Of a stretch of DNA of 64,000 nucleotides, positions 49,908-59,768 are shown piece after piece. Source of the DNA: Candidatus Poribacteria bacterium. Its GTDB lineage: Bacteria; Poribacteria; WGA-4E; WGA-3G. The notes below the pieces were generated by a model that did no database searches, was not told the origin of the DNA, and worked only from the letters and a program-made list of their open reading frames with translations. The stretch spans positions 1,984,001-2,048,000 of the forward strand of contig OZ240248.1 in assembly GCA_965198235.1 (NCBI GenBank). Reading direction: 5' to 3'. The position numbers were made by a program, and so were the translations under genes. How positions within the stretch are numbered: position 1 is the first letter of the stretch; every line of letters begins with the position of its first letter.

Positions 49908-50528
49908 TCATAAGCTGGTCCTGTAGGGTGCCAAAAATTTCCGGAGTTGTCGAATCGCAGCGTTCTTGCGTGAGGCAACAGTGCCAATCGGACATTGAAC
50001 GATCTCGGCAACTTCCTGATAAGATAATCCTTGAACTTCTGTCAACTGAAACACTAATTGATGTTCTTGCGACAGTTTGTTGATTGCCGCCTGAATTGCC
50101 TCGTAGGTCTCCTTGGCGATAAGCAACGCCTCTGGAGAGTAGTTGGTGTCTGCGATAGCAACCGCAATGGGGTGAGAGTTTTCATCTTCATCGCTATAAG
50201 GTGCATCCAAAGATTCGATCTGCGGTGTTCTCTGATCCTTCGCCAACTGTTTCAAACATACGTTCTTGGCGATGTGGTAAAGGAACGTTCTAAATTTCGC
50301 AATAGGGCGATACGTTGGCACACAGCGCCACACCCGTAGGAACGTCTCTTGACAGAGGTCTTCCGCAAGAGTCCGGTTTTTGACAAATCGATAGATAAAA
50401 TTTAATGTGTTTGTATAGTGACGCTCGGTTAAAATTCGGAATGCATCTCTGTTTCCGTCCTGCACAGAGAGCATCAACTGTTCGTCAGTGTGTAACATGC
50501 TTGTCTCCTCAAAAGAGGAGCGACTCAA
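49908..50528 (-). CDS. ECF-type RNA polymerase sigma factor
   Basis: TDEQLM..V..G...AF, AEDL.QETFLRVW, F.TFLY.IA.N, region 4 LSYQEVAEI..CPIGTV.SR. Confidence 0.92.
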   Translation of the reverse strand: MSRSSFEETSMLHTDEQLMLSVQDGNRDAFRILTERHYTNTLNFIYRFVKNRTLAEDLCQETFLRVWRCVPTYRPIAKFRTFLYHIAKNVCLKQLAKDQRTPQIESLDAPYSDEDENSHPIAVAIADTNYSPEALLIAKETYEAIQAAINKLSQEHQLVFQLTEVQGLSYQEVAEIVQCPIGTVASRKNAAIRQLRKFLAPYRTSL

Positions 50529-50749
50529 GCGAAGGCGTGCAACCCTCCTTCCATTCCGTAATGGAGGATGCCTGCTTGTTCACTCCTCGGTCTGTGCCTT
50601 CTCCATAATCGAGTCCTGGTCCAACAACGAAACACGTTGGCAATTTTAGATGCCCGTGTCTTCAGGAAGATCCAATCTCCCAAAGGACAGTCGCGTTCAT
50701 CTCCAGCGTGAGGCGTTGCCTCTGTTAAACATAAAACGTACTGACGCAT
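50525..50749 (-). CDS. Small hypothetical protein coupled to the ECF sigma gene
   Basis: Strong AAAGGAG RBS; stop codon overlaps the TTG start of the sigma ORF. Confidence 0.5.
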   Translation of the reverse strand: MRQYVLCLTEATPHAGDERDCPLGDWIFLKTRASKIANVFRCWTRTRLWRRHRPRSEQAGILHYGMEGGLHAFA

Positions 50750-50931
50750 TATGAAACTCCTTTCTAAGTTTATTCGTCAGATAGGGACAGCGTTCGATGC
50801 CCCTTTTTCGGTCAATTAAAAAAGATTGTCTATAGTTTAACCCGTATATTCTGAAACAATTCATTTAAAATTCAAAAAAATATTTTTACGCCTTTAACCC
50901 CAATTTTCCGAGGCATGCGAGCGTGTCTGCC

Positions 50932-52050
50932 TTACACCCCGATTGGCTGGAATGGTTCCACAGACAACGAGGGTTGTCCTGTAGTGATCAGTTCGGCGAT
51001 AAGTTGTCCTGTGATTGGCGCGAGAAGAATACCATTTTTGAAATGCCCCGATGCCAAAACGACGTTGTCATACCCGGGCAGATACCCCAGAAGCGGTCCC
51101 TTTTTGGCGTAAGGACGTAAACCGACCCATGTTTGCACAAAAGTACTCTGCGCGAGTTGCGGCGCGATGGCAATTCCTGCGTCAATCAACTGCTTGGCAC
51201 CGTCTACGGTTGCCGTCTTGTCATACCCGACGAATTCGACCGTTGCCCCAAGTAAGATTTTGCCATCGGCTCTCGGTACAATGTAGATACCGAGTCCATC
51301 AATAGTTCGCTCGAAAAGTGGTGGCATCGCTTCAACGAGGACTATCTGTCCTTTCGCAGGTTCAACGTGAATGGGAACGTCAAGTTGAGCAGTAAGCGTC
51401 CCTGTCCAGCATCCTGCGGCAATCACGAATGTGTCGGCGTAATAGGTTTCGCCGTTCACAACGACACCGACAACATGTTCCGCACCGTCTTCACTCACTC
51501 GGATGAAATCGGTGACAGGGTTGCCTACTTGGAATTCCGCGCCGAGTTTTGCCGCCGCTTTGGCGAGTGCGGTTACCATCTTCGGATTACGGACTTGCGC
51601 ATCTTCAGGAAACAGAACGGCACCCGCGATAGATTTTGAGAGCGCAGGCTCCAACTGCCATGCTTGTTCCGCAGTTAAGACTTCCGTTGAGAAACCGCGT
51701 TTCACGCGCCGGTCTGCGAGACCGATTAACCCTGCCGCCTCAGCTGGATTGAAGAATACCGACAGTGTCCCGGATTGGATCAACTCAATATCTATCTGGG
51801 TCTCTGCTCGAAGTTCTTCCGCTAACGTCGGGTAGAGGGCAAGGCTCGCTCGGCACAAGGTTGGATACGGCTCATGTGTTGAGGCGTGTGAGGTTAAAAT
51901 TCCCGCACCTGCCCATGAGGCTTCTGTACCAACGGCGGATGCTTTGTCGATCACTAACGATTTCACGTTTCGTTTGGCGAGATCGTAAGCGATGTTACAT
52001 CCGATAATTCCTCCGCCGATAATAATGACATCTGCGTGATTTCGGCTCAA
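50932..52050 (-). CDS. thiO: Glycine oxidase ThiO
   Basis: IIGGGIIG, ASWAGAGIL, KGQ, YIVPR.DG...GAT.E, W.GLRP, GHFKNGILLAP.TG; TTG start after GGAGG. Confidence 0.85.
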   Translation of the reverse strand: MSRNHADVIIIGGGIIGCNIAYDLAKRNVKSLVIDKASAVGTEASWAGAGILTSHASTHEPYPTLCRASLALYPTLAEELRAETQIDIELIQSGTLSVFFNPAEAAGLIGLADRRVKRGFSTEVLTAEQAWQLEPALSKSIAGAVLFPEDAQVRNPKMVTALAKAAAKLGAEFQVGNPVTDFIRVSEDGAEHVVGVVVNGETYYADTFVIAAGCWTGTLTAQLDVPIHVEPAKGQIVLVEAMPPLFERTIDGLGIYIVPRADGKILLGATVEFVGYDKTATVDGAKQLIDAGIAIAPQLAQSTFVQTWVGLRPYAKKGPLLGYLPGYDNVVLASGHFKNGILLAPITGQLIAELITTGQPSLSVEPFQPIGV

Positions 52051-52171
52051 ACTGTCCTCCACTTTACCAAAGAATCCAAACAACACTATAAAGATAGTTT
52101 AGCACATTATCGGTCGTTTGTCAATTTTGCCTGCCCGATGTCTCAGAGCCATTCAGTTTATCCTCAGGTTC

Positions 52172-52238
52172 GTAGTAGGGCAATTTATTGCCCGTCAACA
52201 AACATTTAGAACGTGCGATAAATCGCACTACTACAAAC
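52172..52238. repeat. REP doublet GTAGTAGGGCAATTTATTGCCCG / GTGCGATAAATCGCACTACTAC
   Basis: Two inverted palindromes bounded by GTAG...CTAC. Confidence 0.75.
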
Positions 52239-52496
52239 ATACTCACTGGTAGTGGGCAAATCAGTTCTACTACTTATACGCATTTTCGGATGCACTTATT
52301 CTTCTAATGTGGACAGATTCTCGTGATTTTTCCCTTCTCTGCCGATACCAGGGGCCGACAACTGACCGATGGCTGCTGATCGCTGACTGCTAAAAACTAA
52401 TTGAGGCTTGAAATTTCAGCAGATTCCGTGTATAATTACTACGACTGTCGTAAAGCGAACTATCCCAAATCCGGTGATGCAGAAAAAAATCTTCTT

Positions 52497-52528
52497 GTAG
52501 GAGCGAGTTTCACTCGCGATTCTTCTAC
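52497..52528. repeat. REP-like palindrome GTAGGAGCGAGTTTCACTCGC
   Basis: GTAG followed by a short palindrome. Confidence 0.55.
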
Positions 52529-52551
52529 TCATACGAAAGGCTTTTTATTAA

Positions 52552-52839
52552 ATGATCCTTGGAAAAGTTACCGGGACAATCGTCGCAACGCAGAAGGATG
52601 AAAAATTGATCGGCAGCAAACTGATGGTTGTCCAAGATGTGGATCTCAACGGAGAGGTCGATCGGAAATATACGGTCGCTGTAGATGCTGTGGGTGCCGG
52701 TATCGGCGAAATTGTCCTCGTTGCCACCGGCAGTTCCGCTCGGCAGACCCAAGGGACAAGCAACAAACCGGTCGACGCCGTGATCATGGCGATTGTTGAT
52801 ACCGTGGAAGTTGCTGGAAAAGTCCGGTATCAGAAGTAG
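52552..52839 (+). CDS. EutN/CcmL family microcompartment vertex protein (BMC-P)
   Basis: M.LGKV.GT.VAT.K...L.G.KL, VAVD.VGAG.GE.VLV..GSSAR, PVDA.I.AIVD; upstream TTGAAA-17-TATAAT. Confidence 0.95.
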   Translation: MILGKVTGTIVATQKDEKLIGSKLMVVQDVDLNGEVDRKYTVAVDAVGAGIGEIVLVATGSSARQTQGTSNKPVDAVIMAIVDTVEVAGKVRYQK

Positions 52840-52844
52840 AAACG

Positions 52845-53426
52845 ATGAAGATCGCGATCGAACGAAAACGCGTCCGCACTGAAACACTCCACCGTCGCGA
52901 AGCACTCTCCTCGGAAGAGCGGACACGGCTCAGCCAGCGTATCGTTGATTCCACAGCGCGCTGGATACAGCGTGAGGGTTTCGACACCGTAATGCTCTAC
53001 CTGAATATGAGAAGCGAAGTTGAAACCACCGATTTACTTGAGGGGTTACTGAATTCAGGCAAGCAGGTCTGCGCGCCTGTTGTAGATACAGGACAGTTGG
53101 AACTCACCCCACGACAAATTCAGAATCTGAAAACCGAGTTAGTGCGCCATCCCTATGGCATGTTGGAACCCAACGAGACATGCCCAATCTTTCCAACCGA
53201 GCACCTTCAGCTCATTGTCGTTCCCGGTATCGCTTTTGATCGTAATGGGTATCGCCTCGGATACGGCAAGGGTTTCTACGACCGATTTCTCATGAAGTGT
53301 CCACACGCTATTGCGATCGGATTGGCGTATCGGGTACAACTTGTAGAAAATACGTTCCCACAGGCGTGGGATGTACCAGTTCAACACATTTTCACAGAGA
53401 CCAGTAGGATAGAGGTAGTTACTTAG
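52845..53426 (+). CDS. 5-formyltetrahydrofolate cyclo-ligase
   Basis: EV.T, YGMLEP, VPGIAFD..G.RLGYGKGFYDRFL, WDVPV..I.TE. Confidence 0.93.
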   Translation: MKIAIERKRVRTETLHRREALSSEERTRLSQRIVDSTARWIQREGFDTVMLYLNMRSEVETTDLLEGLLNSGKQVCAPVVDTGQLELTPRQIQNLKTELVRHPYGMLEPNETCPIFPTEHLQLIVVPGIAFDRNGYRLGYGKGFYDRFLMKCPHAIAIGLAYRVQLVENTFPQAWDVPVQHIFTETSRIEVVT

Positions 53427-53847
53427 CATCAACGAAAGGTCTCAATTTCTCCAGCGTCTTTGCACCGATACCTTTGACGTTCTGGAGAGCATCCACGCTG
53501 GTAAACTCGCCGTGCTGCTCACGATGGTCGACGATCCTTTGTGCCATTTGTATGCCGATGTTCGGGAGAGTCTGGAGTTCTTCCGCAGAAGCGGTGTTGA
53601 TGTTGAGAAGTTCGGGGGTGCTTGGTGTCAACGTCTCTGTTGCTTGGCTGTGTGGACGTTCTTCGTTCGGGACAGCAATTAAATCCGGTTTTCCAAGGAA
53701 CACCGCAGGTGCGAACCGCCGCACACTCCAAAAACCAGTCCCGACTAAAATCAGTATCACCAGAAAAATGACCGCTTTCCAATAATGGCGTTCAACGGCA
53801 TCCGATGTGGGAGGGGTTTCTAACCCCGAATCTTTATTCATCCCCAT
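53419..53847 (-). CDS. ComEA-like helix-hairpin-helix DNA-binding membrane protein
   Basis: TM helix then LNINTAS.EELQ.LP.IG...AQRI...R...G.F......L..VKGIG. Confidence 0.85.
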   Translation of the reverse strand: MGMNKDSGLETPPTSDAVERHYWKAVIFLVILILVGTGFWSVRRFAPAVFLGKPDLIAVPNEERPHSQATETLTPSTPELLNINTASAEELQTLPNIGIQMAQRIVDHREQHGEFTSVDALQNVKGIGAKTLEKLRPFVDAK

Positions 53848-55516
53848 TTTCCTCAAGAGATAACACCTGATTTGCGGGGATACTTTCGAGCAGCTGTTTT
53901 GCCCCGTTCTGCCACTGCACCTCGACGCTATCCACCTGTTTGTAATTTCCAATTCCGAAATGGAGTGTGAGGTCTTGCTGTGAAAGGTAGCCGTCTCCGC
54001 TCCGTACCTCACGCGTCTGTATAAGTTTTCCCGTCGTTATCTTGACGCGCACCCCAATCGCATCCGTGGAACCGTTTGTCGCCGTCAATCGGATCTGTAA
54101 CCAGTTTTTTCCGTTACCGCCATCGTTGCGTAAAAGGCGTGGCGCGGTGTTGGAATTGGTTACCACGATATCGATGTCTCCATCTAAATCGTAATCTGCA
54201 AAGGTAGCACCGCGGCTCACGTCCTCCAACTTCATACCCGGACCGAGGGTTTCAGAAACTTCAGCAAAGGTGTTGTTAGCGCTGTTTCGGAAGAGCAGAT
54301 TACGTTGTCCATACGTGCCTTCCTGTCCGAGTTCAGCGAGATTCTCATGCAGATGCCCGTTGGCAACGAAAAGGTCTTGGTATCCATCGTTGTCATAGTC
54401 AATAAAGGCAGTTGCCCAACCGAGATAGGGATAGGTAAGCTGCGCCGTCTTTGTTGTGGCTGTTGTGTCTGTGAAGAAGCCGTCTGCGTCGTTATGGTAA
54501 AGCGTGTTCGTCTGTTGGGCATAGTTGGTGACGGTGAGGTCCAGCCAGCCGTCGTTATTCCAATCGCCGAAGGCTGTCCCCATGCCGTTTTCAGCGACAC
54601 CATCTTCGCTGAGTGCGACCCCGACCATGAAACCAACCTCTTCAAAAGTGCCGTCCCCATTATTGTGATAAAAGAGGTTTTCTGTGGAATCGTTAGCAAC
54701 GTAGAGGTCAGGGGTGCCATCGTTATTATAGTCTCCCCAAACAACGCCTAAACCTTTGCCGGTGGTGTTGTAAATACCCACCGTTTTTGTAACGTCGGTG
54801 AACGTGCCATCACCGTTGTTGCGATAGAGCGTATCGGATTGGGCGGTGAAGTTATCGGGTTCGCAGTATGCCCGGATCCCCTTTTCCTTGAATCCGCACC
54901 ACGGATTTTCGTCGATGTCAAAAACGATATAGTTGACAACGTAGAGGTCGAGATTGCCGTCTCGGTCGTAGTCAGCAAAGGCGCAGCTCGTGCTCCAACG
55001 AGGCTCCGTTACACCCGCGGCTTCCGCCACCTCCGTAAACGTGCCGTCCCCGTTATTACGATAGAGTCGATTGACCCCGTAGTTTGTGACGTAAAGATCC
55101 AGTTTGCCGTCGTTATTGTAATCACCCACGGCGCATCCGTGTCCGTAGCCGGTATCCCCGACGCCGGCTTTTTCGGTGACATCCGTGAACGTGCCATCGC
55201 CATTGTTTTGATAGAGGCAATTGGTTGGAATCTCTTGCGAGACGTAACCGGGGAGGGGCGCGCCGTTAACGAAATATAGATCGGGGTCGCCGTCCGCGTC
55301 GTAGTCAAAGAAAGCGGCACCGGAACCGAGCGTCTCCATAAAATACTTCTGTCCGCTCCGTCCATCAACGTGTTTCCAGTGGATGCCGGCTTCCTGCGTC
55401 ACATCGACGAATTGAATGTTGGTGTTTGCACTAATAGCGGGTATAAGGATATCTTGTGCGACAATTGCGATTAGGAACAGGATTAAGATACCTATAATGC
55501 TACTTCGTCTTTTCAT
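53834..55516 (-). CDS. CRTAC1 family protein (FG-GAP repeats plus ASPIC/UnbV)
   Basis: Repeated D.D.DG..DL and LY.N.GDGTF.DV; C-terminal GYLSQ....LHFG.G. Confidence 0.92.
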   Translation of the reverse strand: MKRRSSIIGILILFLIAIVAQDILIPAISANTNIQFVDVTQEAGIHWKHVDGRSGQKYFMETLGSGAAFFDYDADGDPDLYFVNGAPLPGYVSQEIPTNCLYQNNGDGTFTDVTEKAGVGDTGYGHGCAVGDYNNDGKLDLYVTNYGVNRLYRNNGDGTFTEVAEAAGVTEPRWSTSCAFADYDRDGNLDLYVVNYIVFDIDENPWCGFKEKGIRAYCEPDNFTAQSDTLYRNNGDGTFTDVTKTVGIYNTTGKGLGVVWGDYNNDGTPDLYVANDSTENLFYHNNGDGTFEEVGFMVGVALSEDGVAENGMGTAFGDWNNDGWLDLTVTNYAQQTNTLYHNDADGFFTDTTATTKTAQLTYPYLGWATAFIDYDNDGYQDLFVANGHLHENLAELGQEGTYGQRNLLFRNSANNTFAEVSETLGPGMKLEDVSRGATFADYDLDGDIDIVVTNSNTAPRLLRNDGGNGKNWLQIRLTATNGSTDAIGVRVKITTGKLIQTREVRSGDGYLSQQDLTLHFGIGNYKQVDSVEVQWQNGAKQLLESIPANQVLSLEENGDE

Positions 55517-57155
55517 CTGCCTCCTTCATCTTTGCCAATGTTTGTCGAAAGGTATCGTTTTCGGGCTCCATTTCGATGGCGGCATGTATCGCTTTCAACG
55601 CTTCTTGATGCGCGCCTGCCTGAAAGTAGGCTAAAGCAAGGGTCTGTAGGTATTGCGGGACAGGGGCTAAACGGACAGCCTTTTCAGCCAAAGCAATGGT
55701 TTCTTGGATTTGAACCTCTTTTTTAGCCGGTGGTGCTGAAGCAGAGGCACCTTGACGGACATTCTCAAGATAGAGCCTTGCCAATCCGTTTAGGGCGTAA
55801 TGCGCCTCTGCGTCTAACTTTAAAGCCGTTTGATACGCGGCGAGTGCTTGCTCAAATTCGCCGCGACGGTGATGGATGACCGCTATACCGACCTGAGCAT
55901 GCACTAATGAGGCATCATAGACGAGGGCAGCCTTGTATTCAGCCAGTGCTTCATCGAACCGGTCTTGCAGATAATAGACTGCCCCCAATCCAGCGTGCAA
56001 GGCGGCTTGCTCTGGCTCAATCGCAATCGCACTGAGATAGGCTTTTTCTGCTTCGTCAAACCTGCGCTCGCGAAAATAGAGTGTGCCGAGTTTATAGTGT
56101 GCCGCGGCATATTGTGGCTGAAGTCTGACGGCTGTCTGATACGCCTCAAGTGCCTTACCGAATTTTCCATGCTTTTCATAAGTGAGTCCGAGTTGGTACT
56201 GTTTGCGAGGATTGCTCGGTTCGAGGAGAATCGCACGCTCGCGGGTATCAATCTCTTGGGCGATTGCGTTTAAACGACGGTAGGTTTCCATCGCGCGCTT
56301 GCCTTCCGCCGCCTGCTTTAACCGGAACAGTACCTGCGCGAGGTTATAGTACGCTCCGATATGGTCGGGTTGTTGTGCGATGACGTTGCGGTATAAGTCA
56401 ACGGCACGCTGGAATTCCCGTTGCTTTGATGCGATTAAACCCAGGCTATAGGAAGCCGCCGTAAAATTAGGATCCAGGCGAATTGCCTTCTCTAACAGTG
56501 GACGTGCTTTGTCAAGCTCTCCCTGTTTTTGGTAAATGGCACCTAAGTTCCCGTTTGCCATAGAAAGCTCAGGATTCAAGGCTAACGCCGATTCGTAATA
56601 CTGAATTGCCTGCTCCTGCTCTTTGACCGCTTCATAGCAGGAAGCGAGATTCGTCATCGCTTCCGCGAGTTTCGGTGAAAGGTTGAGACTCCGGTGATAC
56701 GCTTCTATGGCTTCTGCGAACCGGGAGGCTTTCTGGTAAGCGGTTGCGAGACCAATCTGTATTTGGAGGGAGTCTGGGTGGTTTTGGCTGAGTTTTCGAT
56801 AGATGTCAATTGCTTCGTCATTACGCCCGGTTCTTGTGTAGAGCAAGGCAAGATTTGCTTCGGCTTGTAGCAGTCCCGGAGCGATATCCAGTGCCTGTTT
56901 GAGGGCAACTTCCGCTTCAGCGAATTTGCTGAGTTGAATGTAAACGGTTCCGAGTCCGGCGTATGCTTGGGCAGATGCGGGATCGCGTTGAAGGGCGTGC
57001 TGAAAATACTGAAGTGCCTGCGTGTATTGTCTTTGCTGTGCGGCTTGCATACCGCGCACGTAAAGCTCTTGGGGTGTTTGTGCGGCAGCATTCCACGCAA
57101 GACTGACGAAAACGATTAGGAGAAAGACAACGAACGATACTCCCTTTTGCGACAT
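55500..57155 (-). CDS. Exported tetratricopeptide repeat protein
   Basis: Signal peptide and more than ten TPR motifs; overlaps the CRTAC1 start. Confidence 0.9.
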   Translation of the reverse strand: MSQKGVSFVVFLLIVFVSLAWNAAAQTPQELYVRGMQAAQQRQYTQALQYFQHALQRDPASAQAYAGLGTVYIQLSKFAEAEVALKQALDIAPGLLQAEANLALLYTRTGRNDEAIDIYRKLSQNHPDSLQIQIGLATAYQKASRFAEAIEAYHRSLNLSPKLAEAMTNLASCYEAVKEQEQAIQYYESALALNPELSMANGNLGAIYQKQGELDKARPLLEKAIRLDPNFTAASYSLGLIASKQREFQRAVDLYRNVIAQQPDHIGAYYNLAQVLFRLKQAAEGKRAMETYRRLNAIAQEIDTRERAILLEPSNPRKQYQLGLTYEKHGKFGKALEAYQTAVRLQPQYAAAHYKLGTLYFRERRFDEAEKAYLSAIAIEPEQAALHAGLGAVYYLQDRFDEALAEYKAALVYDASLVHAQVGIAVIHHRRGEFEQALAAYQTALKLDAEAHYALNGLARLYLENVRQGASASAPPAKKEVQIQETIALAEKAVRLAPVPQYLQTLALAYFQAGAHQEALKAIHAAIEMEPENDTFRQTLAKMKEADEKTK

Positions 57156-57274
57156 AACGGTATATCCTCCGCTGCTAATTTTAGTCTGAAATGGCACTTG
57201 AAATCAAGTGTTATCTTGCTCGAGTAGAGTGGTATGTAATAGAATTGATACGCAGACTATAAACTCCACTATTC

Positions 57275-59704
57275 TCAATCCTCAACCTCTTCTACATCCC
57301 AAGTTAATAACTGATCCTCGATTTTCTGCCATACTTCAGGGGACACACGTCCGGCCGCTTCTTTGCATTCAACGATGAATTGCACTGCACGAAGATACTG
57401 AAGAAAGGACTCCATTTCTTCGCGTGGAATAGCAAGCATATCGTCCGTTATATCCAAAACAGAAAGCCATGTATCATGAATAGAATCCTCTGGCGGTTTA
57501 ACAGATGGTCTCTTTCTTGTTTCTCTGATGAACTCCTGTTGTGTTCTGAATCGATGAACTATTCGCTGTAAATCTACTCCTTTGAAAATTTCTGCCTGTT
57601 CCATACGCTCGACGAGTGCTATTCGTATGTCCAATTCCATCTCGAACCGATTTCCAAATTCAGAGGAGACGAAAAAGTAAAAATAAGAGTTTGTATATCC
57701 GCAAAGATTGAGGTAAAAATCAAGGTCAAGGTAAAGGTTAAGGTAACGGGTGAAATTCGCGTAATGGCTGAGATAGGAATCAAAATCTTGATAGGGCTTG
57801 GGGTATCTACTGCGGGTAGGGCCAAGATAAAGGTCAAGATTAAGGTCAAGGTAAAGGTCGAAATCAAAGTTAAGCCCTCGGTAGAGGTCGGGGTTGAGGT
57901 TGAGACCTCGATGGAAATCAGAATCAAGACTGAAGTTAAGTCCTTGGTAGAGATTAGAATTAAGGCTGAACTGAAAATCAAGTTCGTCAAGTTCGTCAAA
58001 CTCATCAAGTTCGTCAAGTTCGTCAAACTTAAGGTTAAAACCAAGGTTCTGGTTAACATCGTGTTTGACTGTTTCATAAGTTTTATTCAACAACCACAGA
58101 GAAAAGTATTGACGAATCGCAAAAATTTGCCTAGCGGCCCTGTCATATAGATTTCCTGAAGGATTTGTAATTCTCCTTGCCCATTGGAATAATGGTTTCA
58201 GTTTATCAGTGTTGATTGACTTAACGGCCTCGGCTGTCATCCTCTCAAGTAAACTGTCTGCCTTATGCAACAGTCCAGCGGTCAGTAAAAATACCTCCCG
58301 CCACCGTTCATCATGGAAATGTTGAGTCACCAACCCCTTAATTGATCGCTTATCTCTTACGATATAATTGGCTGTTAAATACTCCTGAAAGGTCAAATGA
58401 GAAAAAGAATAAACACCATTTACTCTCTCGACGAAAAGCCCTTGGTCAACAAGGATTGTGTCTAGAATCTTGCGAGCATTAAACGTTGATGGTGTGTTAG
58501 CATTCCCTTTACCGAATTCTCGAATCTGATCTATGAGTTCGCTCTTAGTAAAAAAAAGTTGGTCATTGTTGAAATTTTCCGCTGCAATTTCAGAAAGCAT
58601 TCGCTTTTCATCAGCAATATCCAAATATTGATCAACCGATCCGTCTCGACTAACTCGTTTTTCAGCTGCCCATTCTTCAAGAAAAATATTGAGTGCCTTC
58701 TCATAAAGATCTGCCCGATTTCTTGGAAAATTTTGTGAATTATCATAAACCATACACAGAAGCGTAAGCAATAACGGGTTCCTTGCCAATTCTTTGGTTG
58801 CTTGATGCTCTGGTCCATTCAAAGTTTTCCAACATTGCTCAGCAGTTTTCATTTCCTCATCAAGTTGCAGCCGATACCGATCAGACGCTGATGAAAACCA
58901 ATTGTTTATATATTTCTCAATCTGCGAATCATCAAAATTCGCCATTTCCACTTCAGTAAAACGATTAAACCCCCCTGTATACGCTGCTATCCGGCACGAA
59001 GCGATAAATCGGTTTTGACTATACAGGTCAACGAAATCACCAATTTTACGAATGACGTTGTTAACATTAGCAGTTGGTACTTCGTCAAGTCCATCAAGGA
59101 GTATTAAGAGTTTACCTGATTTCAATGCAGCCTCAGTCATCTCTTCCGGACGAGGATAACCACATATTTTAAACTCCTCGGTAACCAGTGTCTTAATATC
59201 AATCGAATCCTCGGTGAACCTCTTCAATTCAAGAAATACAGGGATAAATTCGTGTGCAAAACTCCTATTTCCTTCTTTCAAGACTTCAAGCCCAACCTTG
59301 CGAAGAAAGGTTGATTTTCCAACACCAGGTCCACCGAGCAACATCAGAAATTGCTTATCGTTAGCAATTTGTGTTCCATCTTGTCGTTTATCGCGAAGCT
59401 GTCCAACGCTATCTCCATGTCTTGTTCGAAATTCTCTTTCAACAGTTTCAACTGACCTATATTTTGAAGGTCTATCCTCGTCTAGGAATTGAACCGCTAC
59501 ATAGACGTCATCAAGCGGCATTGGTTTTCGCATTCCGACACAGAAAACTTTGAGGTGACTGTGACGATCTCTATAGTTTTTACTGTACCGGTGACAGGCG
59601 TTTGCGATTTTCGGTGCTAACTTGTCATATCCCTTCCCAATTAAATTAAGGGACTGTTTATAGATTTCTGTCACTACTCCTGACAACATCGTTTCGTCCA
59701 TCAT
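57275..59704 (-). CDS. NACHT domain NTPase
   Basis: GGPGVGKST, LLILLDGLDEV, SCR, NPLLL, FSHLTFQEYL, W.EV; low-complexity L-x repeat C-terminus. Confidence 0.92.
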   Translation of the reverse strand: MMDETMLSGVVTEIYKQSLNLIGKGYDKLAPKIANACHRYSKNYRDRHSHLKVFCVGMRKPMPLDDVYVAVQFLDEDRPSKYRSVETVEREFRTRHGDSVGQLRDKRQDGTQIANDKQFLMLLGGPGVGKSTFLRKVGLEVLKEGNRSFAHEFIPVFLELKRFTEDSIDIKTLVTEEFKICGYPRPEEMTEAALKSGKLLILLDGLDEVPTANVNNVIRKIGDFVDLYSQNRFIASCRIAAYTGGFNRFTEVEMANFDDSQIEKYINNWFSSASDRYRLQLDEEMKTAEQCWKTLNGPEHQATKELARNPLLLTLLCMVYDNSQNFPRNRADLYEKALNIFLEEWAAEKRVSRDGSVDQYLDIADEKRMLSEIAAENFNNDQLFFTKSELIDQIREFGKGNANTPSTFNARKILDTILVDQGLFVERVNGVYSFSHLTFQEYLTANYIVRDKRSIKGLVTQHFHDERWREVFLLTAGLLHKADSLLERMTAEAVKSINTDKLKPLFQWARRITNPSGNLYDRAARQIFAIRQYFSLWLLNKTYETVKHDVNQNLGFNLKFDELDELDEFDELDELDFQFSLNSNLYQGLNFSLDSDFHRGLNLNPDLYRGLNFDFDLYLDLNLDLYLGPTRSRYPKPYQDFDSYLSHYANFTRYLNLYLDLDFYLNLCGYTNSYFYFFVSSEFGNRFEMELDIRIALVERMEQAEIFKGVDLQRIVHRFRTQQEFIRETRKRPSVKPPEDSIHDTWLSVLDITDDMLAIPREEMESFLQYLRAVQFIVECKEAAGRVSPEVWQKIEDQLLTWDVEEVED
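57978..58030. repeat. Coding tandem repeat (9-bp units within a duplicated 27-bp block)
   Basis: (TCAAGTTCG)2 TCAAACTCA (TCAAGTTCG)2 TCAAACTT, encoding FDELDELDEFDELDELD. Confidence 0.85.
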
Positions 59705-59768
59705 TTACCTCCATGTTTTGAATGTATCAATATCAAATTCGTATCCATCTCAGGTAGGATTTCAGTCT

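Noticed and set aside
52430-52550. 6S RNA expected upstream of the 5-formyl-THF cyclo-ligase operon
   Set aside because: The space is too short, holds a REP, and shows no long rod structure.
57619-58150. Alternative-frame low-complexity ORFs (LTNLTNL / IKVKVKV)
   Set aside because: By-products of the NACHT coding repeats.
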